Shown here: positions 28,820 to 38,100 of the stretch, piece after piece
Layout: every line of letters starts with the position of its first letter
How positions within the stretch are numbered: position 1 is the stretch's first letter
Virus record (IMG/VR): IMGVR_UViG_2734482568_000006
Direction: 5' to 3' (one strand)
DNA from: a virus
Lineage: Duplodnaviria > Heunggongvirae > Uroviricota > Caudoviricetes
Length of the DNA stretch: 47,553 nt
The notes under the pieces: model-generated
Told to the model about the DNA's origin: nothing
Database searches by the model: none
What the model saw: the letters and a program-made list of their open reading frames with translations, nothing else
Made by a program: the position numbers and the translations under genes

Positions 28820-28996
28820 ACCGGCAGCATAAGCCGGGTATTTTTGGGGCTGGTTTTGCGGGACTTCAGAAAGTGCTGACAGGGGGGGAATGAGAAAGGC
28901 GCTTCACGCAGATTTTAAAGCCCGTTAAATACAGGTTAGAAAATCACGACACGCGCCTGAAGGGGGTAAGGTAATACGTTTGCATACCTTAAACCA

Positions 28997-29470
28997 TTAC
29001 GGCGTTTCTGTGGCCTTTTTAAAGCGTTTTCTGATTTCGTCCATGATCTCCTGTTCTGCCACCTGATCAAAGCCCATATACGGACGTGCGCCAATGGCCG
29101 CCGGTCCCGGTGGCATACCAGGCAGGCCACCCCACTGATGAATGGCTGCATAAGGTTCATTTGATCCAATCAGCGCCCAGGTATCGCCATAATCCGTGGT
29201 CAGGCGGCGGGCCAGATCGCCGTTCAGCGTCAGGATTTTGCCGGGCGTGTATCCCTTACGGGTACGCCACTCACGGTAAGGATCTGACCAGTCATGCCAG
29301 CGTTCACCATCCGGCTCTTTTTCCTGCTCAAACGCCATTTCTGACGATGACAGAAGACTCGCCGCCACACTGCGGGCCAGGTCTTTTCCGCCGCCCACAA
29401 ACTGAAGCCGGGCAAACACTCGCTGGAGACGCGTAACGTCAACAACGACAGCTGCATCAATGGATGACAT
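28997..29470 (-). CDS. Virion morphogenesis protein (Mu G-like)
   Basis: 157 aa between the F-like and I-like genes. Confidence 0.7.
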   Translation of the reverse strand: MSSIDAAVVVDVTRLQRVFARLQFVGGGKDLARSVAASLLSSSEMAFEQEKEPDGERWHDWSDPYREWRTRKGYTPGKILTLNGDLARRLTTDYGDTWALIGSNEPYAAIHQWGGLPGMPPGPAAIGARPYMGFDQVAEQEIMDEIRKRFKKATETP

Positions 29471-29509
29471 ATTGCCTCCGCATAAAGGATGAATATAAAA
29501 TAAACAGGC

Positions 29510-29589
29510 GGTCAGTGTACGCTTAACTGGTAAAGTCGGTGCCTGCCTCCGGGTGGATCATGTATGCGGGTTCGACCCCCGCCACTGAC
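29510..29589 (+). ncRNA. tRNA-like structured element (T-arm plus 7-bp acceptor-type stem; not a canonical cloverleaf by eye)
   Basis: gtcagtg at 29510-29516 pairs with cactgac at 29582-29588; gcggg-ttcgacc-cccgc at 29565-29581 forms a T-arm-like hairpin with a TTCGA loop. It is antisense to the phage late genes, in the F-G intergenic gap. Confidence 0.3.
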
Positions 29590-29591
29590 CG

Positions 29592-30923
29592 TTAATCAAT
29601 TTGTCCTTCCAGCACCTCAAGCATTCCGCCCCGGATATCCGATTTCAGCTTATCCATATTGATAACCCGGTAAGCATTCACAATCACATCCAGTTTGTCG
29701 GGCTGACGTTTCAGACTGTACGGTGCATTAACGGCAATCTGCACACTGCCATCCTGATTTTCCACGATATACATCAGATTGTTGTGCCGTTTGTCCCACA
29801 GTACCGCTTTTGGCCTTGCCAGCATTGCCGGTAAGCGCCCGAAGTCCTCCGGCGTCAGAGCGATGCCGTCATTCTGATGTTTCACACTGTCCGCATGGAG
29901 CACATTTTTACCGCTCATCGCCAGCAGGCGGGCCGGTGGCGTTCCCGTCCGGCTTTCCACTGCCTGCGCAATGCTTTCAGTCATAAAGCCCAGCGTGCGG
30001 ATATCGTTACCACCTCGCCGGGTCTGCATGATGTTTTTTGCCCAGATGCGGAACGCCAGCTGCCGCTCCGGGCTGTTGTTCATCTCCTGAACCACCATTT
30101 CCCGTAACGCCGGGCTTTTCACCTCGATCAGTTTGCGGATCAGCGCCTGGTCTGTGCCGAACGCTGCCGAGCCGGGGTTATATGACCAGCCCACATCCGG
30201 TGTCATGGTTCTGGCGCCATCTGAATATGTGGTCACCGGCATTTCTCTGACTTCTCCGGTCTGTTTATCCACGCCAGCCTCAACATTGCGGGTGGAGAGA
30301 TGATCCTCACCGGATGAAACGGATAACCCCATTGCATCCAGACGGGCCTGAGACAATGGCCGCACACGGCAGCGGCAGTTCCAGCCATTGGGCGGGTAGT
30401 GTGTTTTCCAGAACGGATCGTCATAGCGGAATACCAGACCGTTAAGGGCGGAATGCGACGGGCGGGTACGGCTGTCCATGACCGCCACATACTGCCAGAA
30501 CGGATGCGTGTCCGTGTTGTTCATCATCTGCGTGTAACGCCCGGCATTGTAAGCCACACGGGTGTTCACGTTGTAAATCAGCGCCAGACGACGGGGACTG
30601 CCCTGCTGCACTTCTTCCGCGTTACCGTCGCTGTCCACCACAATCTGCTTTCCCCACCATCCCAGCTTTTGCAGGCGTGGCGTCAGTGTGCGGATAAATT
30701 CTTTCTGTGAAATCCCCTCATCAATGGCCCGCTGCACTTCGGCCTGTAATGTGGTTACCACATCCAGCCGTGCCGTTTTTGCTGCCGTGAATGAGCGGGC
30801 ATGAACATCCGCGTCTGTTTCGAACCAGTTCCAGCTGATATGCGCCCCTTTGGCGCGGAAGTATGCCACCGTCTCTTTTGAGGGAAGCGTGGCGGCATAA
30901 CCTAAATCAATCCCCTGAGCCAT
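29592..30923 (-). CDS. Head morphogenesis protein (Mu F-like)
   Basis: 443 aa directly downstream of the portal gene. Confidence 0.8.
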   Translation of the reverse strand: MAQGIDLGYAATLPSKETVAYFRAKGAHISWNWFETDADVHARSFTAAKTARLDVVTTLQAEVQRAIDEGISQKEFIRTLTPRLQKLGWWGKQIVVDSDGNAEEVQQGSPRRLALIYNVNTRVAYNAGRYTQMMNNTDTHPFWQYVAVMDSRTRPSHSALNGLVFRYDDPFWKTHYPPNGWNCRCRVRPLSQARLDAMGLSVSSGEDHLSTRNVEAGVDKQTGEVREMPVTTYSDGARTMTPDVGWSYNPGSAAFGTDQALIRKLIEVKSPALREMVVQEMNNSPERQLAFRIWAKNIMQTRRGGNDIRTLGFMTESIAQAVESRTGTPPARLLAMSGKNVLHADSVKHQNDGIALTPEDFGRLPAMLARPKAVLWDKRHNNLMYIVENQDGSVQIAVNAPYSLKRQPDKLDVIVNAYRVINMDKLKSDIRGGMLEVLEGQID

Positions 30924-32496
30924 CCAGCATCCCCTTCATTTCCGCAGCAAACATGGCATCACTGAGCAGCGTCATCAGGCGGGAATCATCCATTTCACGG
31001 TAAAGGGCAGGCAGGTCTGCCAGTGCCTCCGCCAGCCCCCGCGTTCTGATGACATCAATGACCGGCTCCAGCACCGGATCGATGGCCTCCTGTAAGCGGC
31101 GGGCAGGCACCGCGTCCCCCATGTCGTCCAGTTCATCACGCGGCGTGTTTTTCGCTTCCGGCAGTCGGGCTGAAAGCGCCGTCTGTTCTGTCTTTTCCTG
31201 TTTTTCCGGTAGCGTTTCCCTGTCAGGCATGGCCGGTTCATTACTGCTCTGACGGACACGGAATATGGCTTCACCGGGCGTGGGCTGTGGAATACCGGTC
31301 TGATCCCGTACCCAGGGATCAGGAATATCCATCCCCGCACTGAGTTGCATCACCGCACTGGCTATTTTGGTGATATCCCCCGGTTCTTTGGTCTGGAAAC
31401 AGATACGCGGCAGGCGACGGATATCAATGGCGTGGGCGGTGTTCAGGGCATACAGCGGATACACCAGATCGCGGTTCAGGGTTGCAGCCAGCTGGCGTAA
31501 ATCAGAATCCCTGATTTCCCGGCGCACCTCGTTATGCACCTCACCCAGCGAGCGCGCGCCTTTGTCTCCGGCTTCTGTGGTCAGCGTGCCGCCGAGTATT
31601 GCTTTGGAGATGGAACGCTCACCCCACGAAATCATGGTTTCAAACGGATCGGCCTGACCGTTCGCTGCCGCCTGAAACTCCAGCGACATCCCGGCCGGGA
31701 TGATCCCGCCTGTACGTCGCCCGATATCCATCACCGCCCGCATCAGGGCACTTTTCTGCTCCGGTGTTGCCCCGGACGGGTATTTCCCGACCTTCATTGG
31801 CAGGCCGTACACCTCCAGAAATTCCGCCAGATCGCGCACGGAATAGTTTTTGAAAATGAACGGCCAGATAAGCGTTCTGACAAGCCCCGTCGCACCACCG
31901 TAGCCGGTGCGTGAACGCGACTGATGCACTATCCAGCCAAAGGGCTGAAACGCCACCCCGGCATGGCTGCCGTCACGCAGCCGCAGTTCGCTCAAATCAT
32001 CCGGGTTAAGGCAGAAATGCCCGCTGTCACGCCAGCGGATGGCGCGGATGATGTGCATTTTACCGAGCATCCCGTGCTCAATTTCCATGCAGGAATAGCC
32101 CTTCAGGATGGCATCCGTGGCGTCAAACAGCATGGCATCAAACCAGTCTGCGGAATGCAGATATTCGTCGAGCATTTCCGCGTCCTTTTTCTCATTCGCG
32201 CTGGCGTTCGGTGGCGGCTCAATACTCCATGGCACCCCCTGAATGGCAAGACGTCGCTTGCCCAGCTCCGCAAAAAGGTGGGTGTCCTTTTCTTCAATAT
32301 CAGCGGCCAGATCGGACTGGGCAATCAGATCGCCACGTTCAGCCCCGCGAAGGCACTGCGCCGCCCGGTTCGGGGTGATACCCGAAGCCGGATGTTCAAT
32401 ATAACGGCTGGCAATCTGCGGAATATCCAGCGCGGCACTCTGCATCTCCGGGTCAAAGGAGAAAGGTTTTCCGTCAGTATCAATGATGCGTCCCAC
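30907..32496 (-). CDS. Portal protein (Mu gp29/H-like)
   Basis: 529 aa directly downstream of the terminase large subunit gene. Confidence 0.8.
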   Translation of the reverse strand: MGRIIDTDGKPFSFDPEMQSAALDIPQIASRYIEHPASGITPNRAAQCLRGAERGDLIAQSDLAADIEEKDTHLFAELGKRRLAIQGVPWSIEPPPNASANEKKDAEMLDEYLHSADWFDAMLFDATDAILKGYSCMEIEHGMLGKMHIIRAIRWRDSGHFCLNPDDLSELRLRDGSHAGVAFQPFGWIVHQSRSRTGYGGATGLVRTLIWPFIFKNYSVRDLAEFLEVYGLPMKVGKYPSGATPEQKSALMRAVMDIGRRTGGIIPAGMSLEFQAAANGQADPFETMISWGERSISKAILGGTLTTEAGDKGARSLGEVHNEVRREIRDSDLRQLAATLNRDLVYPLYALNTAHAIDIRRLPRICFQTKEPGDITKIASAVMQLSAGMDIPDPWVRDQTGIPQPTPGEAIFRVRQSSNEPAMPDRETLPEKQEKTEQTALSARLPEAKNTPRDELDDMGDAVPARRLQEAIDPVLEPVIDVIRTRGLAEALADLPALYREMDDSRLMTLLSDAMFAAEMKGMLDGSGD

Positions 32497-34163
32497 TACC
32501 AGCCCCCCCGATCAAATTCATGATATGCCTCATCGTCATCACGATAACCGCCCTCCATTGCCCGCGACCGCTCCTGTAGCGCCTGACAGGCTGATTCATC
32601 CAGGATGAAGCCCTCCATGTATGACGCCCGGTTTGCCATACAGAGCGCCACGGCAAAATCACCATGGCGGCGGGCGTTCGCAGCCGTTGCGTTCTGGTCC
32701 TTCGTGCGCCCCTTGTCGATTTGCGGGATACCATTCACTACCTTCACATGGCGCAAATCATCAAGCGTGGTCTGATGGCGGGCGACGAGGATATTCTGAT
32801 CTTCAAACTCGGCTTTCAGTTTTGGCATCCACTCGCCGTACCACTTCGGCGACAACATCACGCAGTCGATGATGTCCGGGCCAAAGGCCAGCAGTGCGGC
32901 CTCTGCCAGATAGCCGCCGTTACCGGTGGCGTCGAACGCCGCACCGACCAGCGCCGGAACGCGGGTCAGGATGTACATCATCACCTGTTCCTGCTGGGCA
33001 TACGGCAGGTTGCGCAGCTCCACGCGAAACACCTCGCGCTTTGCCAGGGATTCGGTGATTTCCAGCAGCACAAAGCAGGACAGGTCACCGGTGCGGGCAA
33101 AGTCTTCCCCGAAGCTGAAGCGGGAACGGGGATTTAATTTCTCTAAAAGCGGTTTTAAATGTTCTTCACACCAGGTTAAAACTTCCGATTCACGCAGCCA
33201 TGCGGCACGGCTGATGAAGTTGTCCGGGGCTTCAAACGTCAGAATCGGGATGTCGCGGATCATCGCCATTTCAATAAGCGCGTGGGGGATATAGGCACCG
33301 CCGGATTTTTTCGGGATACAGCCGTATTCCTCGTCGGCATCCTCACGGGTCGGGGCGTTTTTGTAGAGATCATCACGCCATTTCTGCTCGCTTTCCGGTG
33401 ACCATTCCTGATCGGTGACGTAACAGATACGACGGTACAGCCCGTCCGCAATGGCATCATCCAGGGTTATGCGGTGGACGCTGTAATCCTTGCGCCCCTC
33501 GCGGGCTTCCTGAATGTACTGATTAAACAGATTATCGACGCCGTTATGCGTGGAGATAATACGCACGCGCGCGCCCCACATAGTGAGCGCCATTGCCGCC
33601 TTGAGAAGCTCATCCAGTGACTCGTGGAACGCGGCTTCATCAATCACCACATCCCCCTGAAGGCCGCGCAGGTTTGACGGACGGGAAGACAATGCCTGAA
33701 TTTTGAATCCACTGTTCGGAAAGCGGATCATGTAGGTCAAAATTTCTTCTTTTTTATCCCGATCCCAGAATGTCTGCTCATACACATCAGCATCTGCCAG
33801 CTGGTTAAAGGCACGGGAGAACAGCGCGCAGGCAGAAATATATTCCAGCGCCATCTCCTGCTTTGATCCCACATAAAACACATTGCGGCCACCACGACGC
33901 TTCGGTTTTGCAGCAGTAATGACGTTACGCCCGGCTTCCGCCCAGGTAAGACCGGTGCGGCGGGATTTCTCCGCGATGCAGACCTGACTTTCATCTGCAA
34001 ACCAGCGGGCCTGATAATCCAGAAACACCGGCATATCACCGGGCAAATCAAGGCTGTCCGGCACATCCACGCCCAGCAGGGCTTTTTCACCTGACAGATC
34101 AATTTTGCGGGGAGGCGTCATTTGCATCAGTGAAGGCGACGTTTCTCTGGCTTTGTTCATCAT
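32496..34163 (-). CDS. Terminase large subunit (Mu gp28-like)
   Basis: 555 aa with ATPase-like N-terminal and nuclease-like C-terminal halves; upstream of portal. Confidence 0.85.
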   Translation of the reverse strand: MMNKARETSPSLMQMTPPRKIDLSGEKALLGVDVPDSLDLPGDMPVFLDYQARWFADESQVCIAEKSRRTGLTWAEAGRNVITAAKPKRRGGRNVFYVGSKQEMALEYISACALFSRAFNQLADADVYEQTFWDRDKKEEILTYMIRFPNSGFKIQALSSRPSNLRGLQGDVVIDEAAFHESLDELLKAAMALTMWGARVRIISTHNGVDNLFNQYIQEAREGRKDYSVHRITLDDAIADGLYRRICYVTDQEWSPESEQKWRDDLYKNAPTREDADEEYGCIPKKSGGAYIPHALIEMAMIRDIPILTFEAPDNFISRAAWLRESEVLTWCEEHLKPLLEKLNPRSRFSFGEDFARTGDLSCFVLLEITESLAKREVFRVELRNLPYAQQEQVMMYILTRVPALVGAAFDATGNGGYLAEAALLAFGPDIIDCVMLSPKWYGEWMPKLKAEFEDQNILVARHQTTLDDLRHVKVVNGIPQIDKGRTKDQNATAANARRHGDFAVALCMANRASYMEGFILDESACQALQERSRAMEGGYRDDDEAYHEFDRGGW

Positions 34164-34408
34164 GCTTTACCTGTCAGAATGCTTTTGATTCGGGACTCAA
34201 GCTCTTCAGTCATCACGTCCACGCCGCTCAACTCATCAGTGGCAGCCTCTGCCAGCAGCGAATGCAGTTGTTCCAGGGATATTTCCCCGGCAATGCTGAG
34301 TTCAGTCAACTCACGACATACCTTTATGGTTTCAGGAGGTAACTGTGTTGCAAGACTGAATGCTTTCTGATGGGCACTGCTCATCAGTGAGCGGTTATCT
34401 GTTGCCAT
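34160..34408 (-). CDS. Small protein (82 aa) sharing the C-terminal tail of the upstream gp27-like protein
   Basis: C-terminus ATDELSGVDVMTEELESRIKSILTGKA parallels VTDELRGVDGMSEQIEFRIRQMLLGKA at the end of 34419-35000; its stop overlaps the terminase large subunit start (ATGA). Confidence 0.45.
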   Translation of the reverse strand: MATDNRSLMSSAHQKAFSLATQLPPETIKVCRELTELSIAGEISLEQLHSLLAEAATDELSGVDVMTEELESRIKSILTGKA

Positions 34409-34418
34409 GATTCACCTC

Positions 34419-35000
34419 CTACGCCTTACCCAGCAGCATCTGCCTGATACGGAATTCGATCTGCTCGCTCATGCCATCCACGCCGCGCAACTCATCGGTG
34501 ACCGCATTCGCCATCTCTTCAGCAAATGCGGCCCGGATTTCTTTTTCACGCTTAATGCTGCGCTCGGCGGCACTTTCTGCACGCTGTGCCGACAGGAGGA
34601 TGTCCTTAATAAGGCGCATATCCACATCGCTGTCGCTGTTCAGGGATTCGGTGGCGGCACGCAGACGGCGGTACATCAGGGCACGGGACATCTCCAGAAT
34701 CAGTGCCGTGGTTTCACCGGTCGGCTTATCCCCCAGTTCGGCCATCATGGCTTTTGTCTGCTCGCGTAAATCACGCAGATTACGGGCAATCAGCTCATTA
34801 CGGGAGGCTTCCCGGCTGATGGCCGCCGGTGAGAGCTGCTGCTCTTCCGGCAGACCTGCTTCACGGATCAGACGGTTGATTTCCTCGCGGATCTGGACCT
34901 GCGTCAGACGTTTTTCACGCAGCATTTCCAGCAGCGGCTTACGGATGCTGTCGGGGAGCAAATCCACCTTGCGTACACGGCCACGCGCTGGCTTATCCAT
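34419..35000 (-). CDS. Terminase small-subunit candidate (Mu gp27 position)
   Basis: 193 aa, helical, basic N-terminus; position immediately upstream of the terminase large subunit region. Confidence 0.5.
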   Translation of the reverse strand: MDKPARGRVRKVDLLPDSIRKPLLEMLREKRLTQVQIREEINRLIREAGLPEEQQLSPAAISREASRNELIARNLRDLREQTKAMMAELGDKPTGETTALILEMSRALMYRRLRAATESLNSDSDVDMRLIKDILLSAQRAESAAERSIKREKEIRAAFAEEMANAVTDELRGVDGMSEQIEFRIRQMLLGKA

Positions 35001-35002
35001 CG

Positions 35003-35293
35003 TTACCCCCTTGCGCGTGGTTTCTTCACACCCGGAACGGTGGCGCGGCCTTCCGCCACATCCTGACCCCGGCCGGTCAGTTCAGCGATGAAATAACCGT
35101 TAACAAGCGTGCGCTTACGCACCAGTCCCTGCTCGGCAAGCCAGGCAATGTGGGTATGAACGGTGTCGCGGGACACGCGGTGACCGTAATCATCCAGGCA
35201 GTCCTGAAGCACGGATTCGCCCAGTTCGCCGTTGTAATCCGCCAGCGACCGCAGAATGACAAGACGCTGATCTTCAGTAATGAAATCACTCAT
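35003..35293 (-). CDS. Hypothetical protein, possible winged-helix DNA-binding (Mu gp26 position)
   Basis: 96 aa, basic C-terminus; coupled to the downstream gp27-like gene. Confidence 0.4.
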   Translation of the reverse strand: MSDFITEDQRLVILRSLADYNGELGESVLQDCLDDYGHRVSRDTVHTHIAWLAEQGLVRKRTLVNGYFIAELTGRGQDVAEGRATVPGVKKPRARG

Positions 35294-35597
35294 TGTGTTT
35301 TTTCCTTACAGCCTGCTCCAGCAGCAGTTCGTTCTGATGGGAGACGGATTTCAGGGTGGCATTGGTGGCCTTAAGCTCACCGCGCAGGGTGGTGATTTCG
35401 ATATTGAGTCTGTTCACCTCCTGCTGCGTGGGCAGGCCGGAAATCCGGCTCTCCACCCGCTCAACCCGGTCGGAGAGTTTTTCAAAGGCCTCGCGGGGGA
35501 CAAAGGTTTTGCGCATCAGCGCCATGAAGATCCCCCCGGCTGTGGCCGTTGCCGACAGGATCGGCACGACATAATCTTTAACGATGCTGACCCACAT
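35286..35597 (-). CDS. Membrane protein at the Mu gp25 position (releasin/holin-like lysis protein candidate)
   Basis: N-terminal TM segment (VVPILSATATAGGIFMALM) then coiled coil; lies within the lysis cassette. Confidence 0.45.
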   Translation of the reverse strand: MWVSIVKDYVVPILSATATAGGIFMALMRKTFVPREAFEKLSDRVERVESRISGLPTQQEVNRLNIEITTLRGELKATNATLKSVSHQNELLLEQAVRKKHNE

Positions 35598-35805
35598 GAC
35601 CGGCCTCCATGATGTTCTGGCAGTTCACACAACGGATGGCATCCGGCACGGCAACCAGACGGGCAGCCGGAATGTCACCCCCGCAGTCCGCGCATACACG
35701 CCTGCCCGGTGTCTCCGCCACCCGGCGCTTACGTGTCAGCCGGTCACAAAGGGCGCGTTCTGTTGCACGCTCCATGACTGCCTGAGCACAATCTGAATCA
35801 TCCAT
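35578..35805 (-). CDS. TraR/DksA-family C4 zinc-finger protein
   Basis: CADCGGDIPAARLVAVPDAIRCVNCQ matches the TraR/DksA zinc-finger signature; start placed at MDDSDCAQ. Confidence 0.65.
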   Translation of the reverse strand: MDDSDCAQAVMERATERALCDRLTRKRRVAETPGRRVCADCGGDIPAARLVAVPDAIRCVNCQNIMEAGHVGQHR

Positions 35806-35815
35806 ACCTTTTTCC

Positions 35816-36187
35816 TTACTTCGTCTTTCCTGCCGGAACAGCAGTCGTTCCGGCCATATCAGTAAATTCATGCTGTCGCTGTGTCTCCAGACGGCGGATG
35901 CTGGCCTTGTCCACGTTGCAGTTTTTAATCACCGCCAGCAGTTGCAGGTTGTAAGTGACCGATGCACCAAACGTGAACGGCTGCGGCGCGGGAGGGACCA
36001 GGCAGTCAGCCAGCCATTCAGCGGGGATCGGCACCGGCTTCACCGGCACGTATTTCACAGACGGCCCGCCGCACCCGGTCAGCCACATCATCAGGCACAG
36101 GCACAGCGGCAGCAGGCACCGTTGCCAGTGACCGGCGGACAATGCTCTGCTGTTCCTCGCTGTGCTGCATGTTCTGCTGTTTTTCAT
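35816..36187 (-). CDS. Outer-membrane spanin (o-spanin) lipoprotein candidate, overlapping the i-spanin gene
   Basis: Lipobox LTGC followed by Pro-rich sequence (VKPVPIPAEW); gene overlaps the 3-prime part of the i-spanin frame. Start uncertain. Confidence 0.45.
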   Translation of the reverse strand: MKNSRTCSTARNSRALSAGHWQRCLLPLCLCLMMWLTGCGGPSVKYVPVKPVPIPAEWLADCLVPPAPQPFTFGASVTYNLQLLAVIKNCNVDKASIRRLETQRQHEFTDMAGTTAVPAGKTK

Positions 36188-36368
36188 TCGTGGCCGCCTT
36201 GCTGATTTGTGAAATGAGTTGCAGGGTGCGTTGCTGGTTTGCCAGCACCAGACGGGCTTCGTCCCGTTCACGCACAAGCACATGATTATTGTCCTCAAGG
36301 CGCTGCGTCTTCTGGTGCATTCCCCATACCACGGCAGCCAGCACGCTCATCACCCCCAGCGCCGCCAT
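36018..36368 (-). CDS. Inner-membrane spanin (i-spanin) candidate
   Basis: Hydrophobic N-terminus (MAALGVMSVLAAVVWG) followed by coiled-coil region, directly downstream of the endolysin. Start uncertain; the long ORF-track frame overlaps the endolysin. Confidence 0.45.
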   Translation of the reverse strand: MAALGVMSVLAAVVWGMHQKTQRLEDNNHVLVRERDEARLVLANQQRTLQLISQISKAATNEKQQNMQHSEEQQSIVRRSLATVPAAAVPVPDDVADRVRRAVCEIRAGEAGADPR

Positions 36369-36480
36369 ACAGCCTCCGGCAATCAGGGCCGGTAAGGGAT
36401 TGTTCACCGCAGACACAGCACACCCCGCAGCAGCACAACGGCACACAGCAGCGCAATCATGAGCGGTCGCCAGAAGCGGT

Positions 36481-36981
36481 TCAGACTTTCGGCAAATCGT
36501 AACGACATAACCATTCATCCGCCGAACGGCGGGCCTCAAGACCGGGGAGTTTTACCCCCTTTGAATAAATCCAGCGGATATACTGCTTACAGGACGCGGG
36601 CATCTGCCCGGCATTGATAAGGCGCAGGAGCGTGGAGTTGCGAAAGTTCGTTTCACCGGCCCAGAAAATCCAGGAGGCCAGCGCCACCGTCTGACCACGG
36701 GTAAGCGGCACCTGAACATGACGATCGATAGCCGCAAAGGCCCATTTCATGTCCTTTTCCAGCAGCTCCAGACACTCTTCATCAGTTTTTGTCATCCCCG
36801 GTTTCACATCCGGGCCGGTATGGCCGTAACAGATGGTGGGGGTGCCGGTGGGATCAATGTACGTGGTGTTTTCTTTCCCTTCCCAGTAGCCGGTGTAGTG
36901 CGTGGCAATGGTGAACGTCCCGGCTCCGGCCAGAACAAGGGCAATCAGCTTTTTACGCAGGGGTGCGGGGAGTTTTGGCAT
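36481..36981 (-). CDS. SAR endolysin (phage lysozyme with N-terminal signal-anchor-release domain)
   Basis: N-terminal weakly hydrophobic segment (LIALVLAGAGTFTIATHY) followed by lysozyme-like core (EGKENTTYIDPTGTPTICYGHTG). Confidence 0.8.
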   Translation of the reverse strand: MPKLPAPLRKKLIALVLAGAGTFTIATHYTGYWEGKENTTYIDPTGTPTICYGHTGPDVKPGMTKTDEECLELLEKDMKWAFAAIDRHVQVPLTRGQTVALASWIFWAGETNFRNSTLLRLINAGQMPASCKQYIRWIYSKGVKLPGLEARRSADEWLCRYDLPKV

Positions 36982-37052
36982 TGTTACGCTGTCTCATGGT
37001 GTTCTCTGAGTCAGCGTAACCGTGAGGAAAAGGGGGCAGGATTTGCGGAATA

Positions 37053-37475
37053 TCAGAAAAGCCGTGGCTGCGTGCGTTCCTGATGCAGGCGACGCTGGTT
37101 GCGGATAACGGAGTAAATCTGCGTCTCTGACATCTGGTAGTGGCGGCGCAGGGTTTCAATTTTTTCGCCCTGGCTCCAGCGGGAAAAAATTTCATTATTG
37201 CGCAGTTCGGTGAAAAGGGATTCACCGACCGGGAGATAATAACCACGCCCGCCCATGTACCCGGCCTGTGCGGCTGCAACCTTACGGGCAAGCATTCCCG
37301 CCTGAGCAGGTTCAATCCCCTGACGGTGCAGTTCAGCACTGATCACATCAACCAGGTCCCGCAGCGTGCCGGGCCAGTTCTTTTTCAGCTCATCATCAGG
37401 AATATCATCCAGACGGTCAATCAGCGCGTGCAGCTGTTCGCTGTCACCAAACATGCTCATCTGTGTTTCAGCCAT
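37053..37475 (-). CDS. Mor/C-family transcriptional activator (C-like by position and length)
   Basis: C-terminal half GGRGYYLPVGESLFTELRNNEIFSRW...YQMSETQIYSVIRNQRR resembles the Mu Mor/C DNA-binding region; 140 aa; preceded by an intrinsic terminator. Confidence 0.7.
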   Translation of the reverse strand: MAETQMSMFGDSEQLHALIDRLDDIPDDELKKNWPGTLRDLVDVISAELHRQGIEPAQAGMLARKVAAAQAGYMGGRGYYLPVGESLFTELRNNEIFSRWSQGEKIETLRRHYQMSETQIYSVIRNQRRLHQERTQPRLF

Positions 37476-37504
37476 ACCCGCCTCCGGTCATCATTACACA
37501 GGGC

Positions 37505-37541
37505 AAGTTTAAAATAAAAATCCCGCGCTGTGGCGGGATTT
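37505..37541 (-). terminator. Rho-independent terminator between the gemA-like and Mor/C-like genes
   Basis: Minus-strand RNA forms aaatcccgc/gcgggattt stem (9 bp) followed by a U-rich run (ttattttaaactt). Confidence 0.5.
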
Positions 37542-37545
37542 GGGG

Positions 37546-38058
37546 TTAACGGGGGAATGATTTTTCATACAGCCTGCAAACACGCTCATAACTCATCACT
37601 GCACGTTCCGACATATCCAGGGCTGCCAGCATTTTGCGGCGGTGCCAGCGTTTGAGACGCTCCAGCACATCAGAGGCCAGCGCGGGTTGTTGCTCCAGCC
37701 ACTGCCAGTTAGCCACACCTTCGCCGTCGTTCTGCGCGGCCGTCTGCGATTTCACCCAGCGGTTAAGGGCCGTTTCCCCGCCATCAGAGATAAATCCCTG
37801 CCGGTGCATCACTTTCCAGATGGCGCGAATTTTGGCGGTCACCGTACCCGGTTTTAAGGCCCGGTTAACCGGCTTCTGACGCACTTTAAAACCGCGTTTT
37901 TTGAAAACATCCAGCACGCGGGATAACTCACCGGGTGACATATCACGGCAACTGGATTTGCCGGTGGCTGCCAGCAGCGCGGATGTATAGGTATCATGGT
38001 CAAGCTGTAGATCGCGTTTTGCGACATGTATTAAGGTAATCAGGGAAGCGCGATTCAT
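37546..38058 (-). CDS. gemA: GemA-like protein (Mu gp16 / DUF1018 family)
   Basis: LITLIHVAKRDLQLDHDTYTSALLAATGKSSCRDMSPGELSRVLDVFKKRGF matches the conserved N-terminal signature of Mu gp16-like proteins. Confidence 0.6.
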   Translation of the reverse strand: MNRASLITLIHVAKRDLQLDHDTYTSALLAATGKSSCRDMSPGELSRVLDVFKKRGFKVRQKPVNRALKPGTVTAKIRAIWKVMHRQGFISDGGETALNRWVKSQTAAQNDGEGVANWQWLEQQPALASDVLERLKRWHRRKMLAALDMSERAVMSYERVCRLYEKSFPR

Positions 38059-38070
38059 TATCGTGGCTCC

Positions 38071-38100
38071 ATAAAAAATGGGCGGTGTTACCGCACCGCC
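38071..38100 (-). terminator. Rho-independent terminator upstream of gemA
   Basis: Minus-strand RNA ggcggtg-cggtaa-caccgcc hairpin followed by cattttttat. Confidence 0.5.

Noticed and set aside
36018-36539. Full 173-aa frame for the i-spanin candidate
   Set aside because: Its first 57 codons overlap the endolysin coding sequence; the spanin more likely starts at an internal Met (about 36350-36368) after the endolysin stop.
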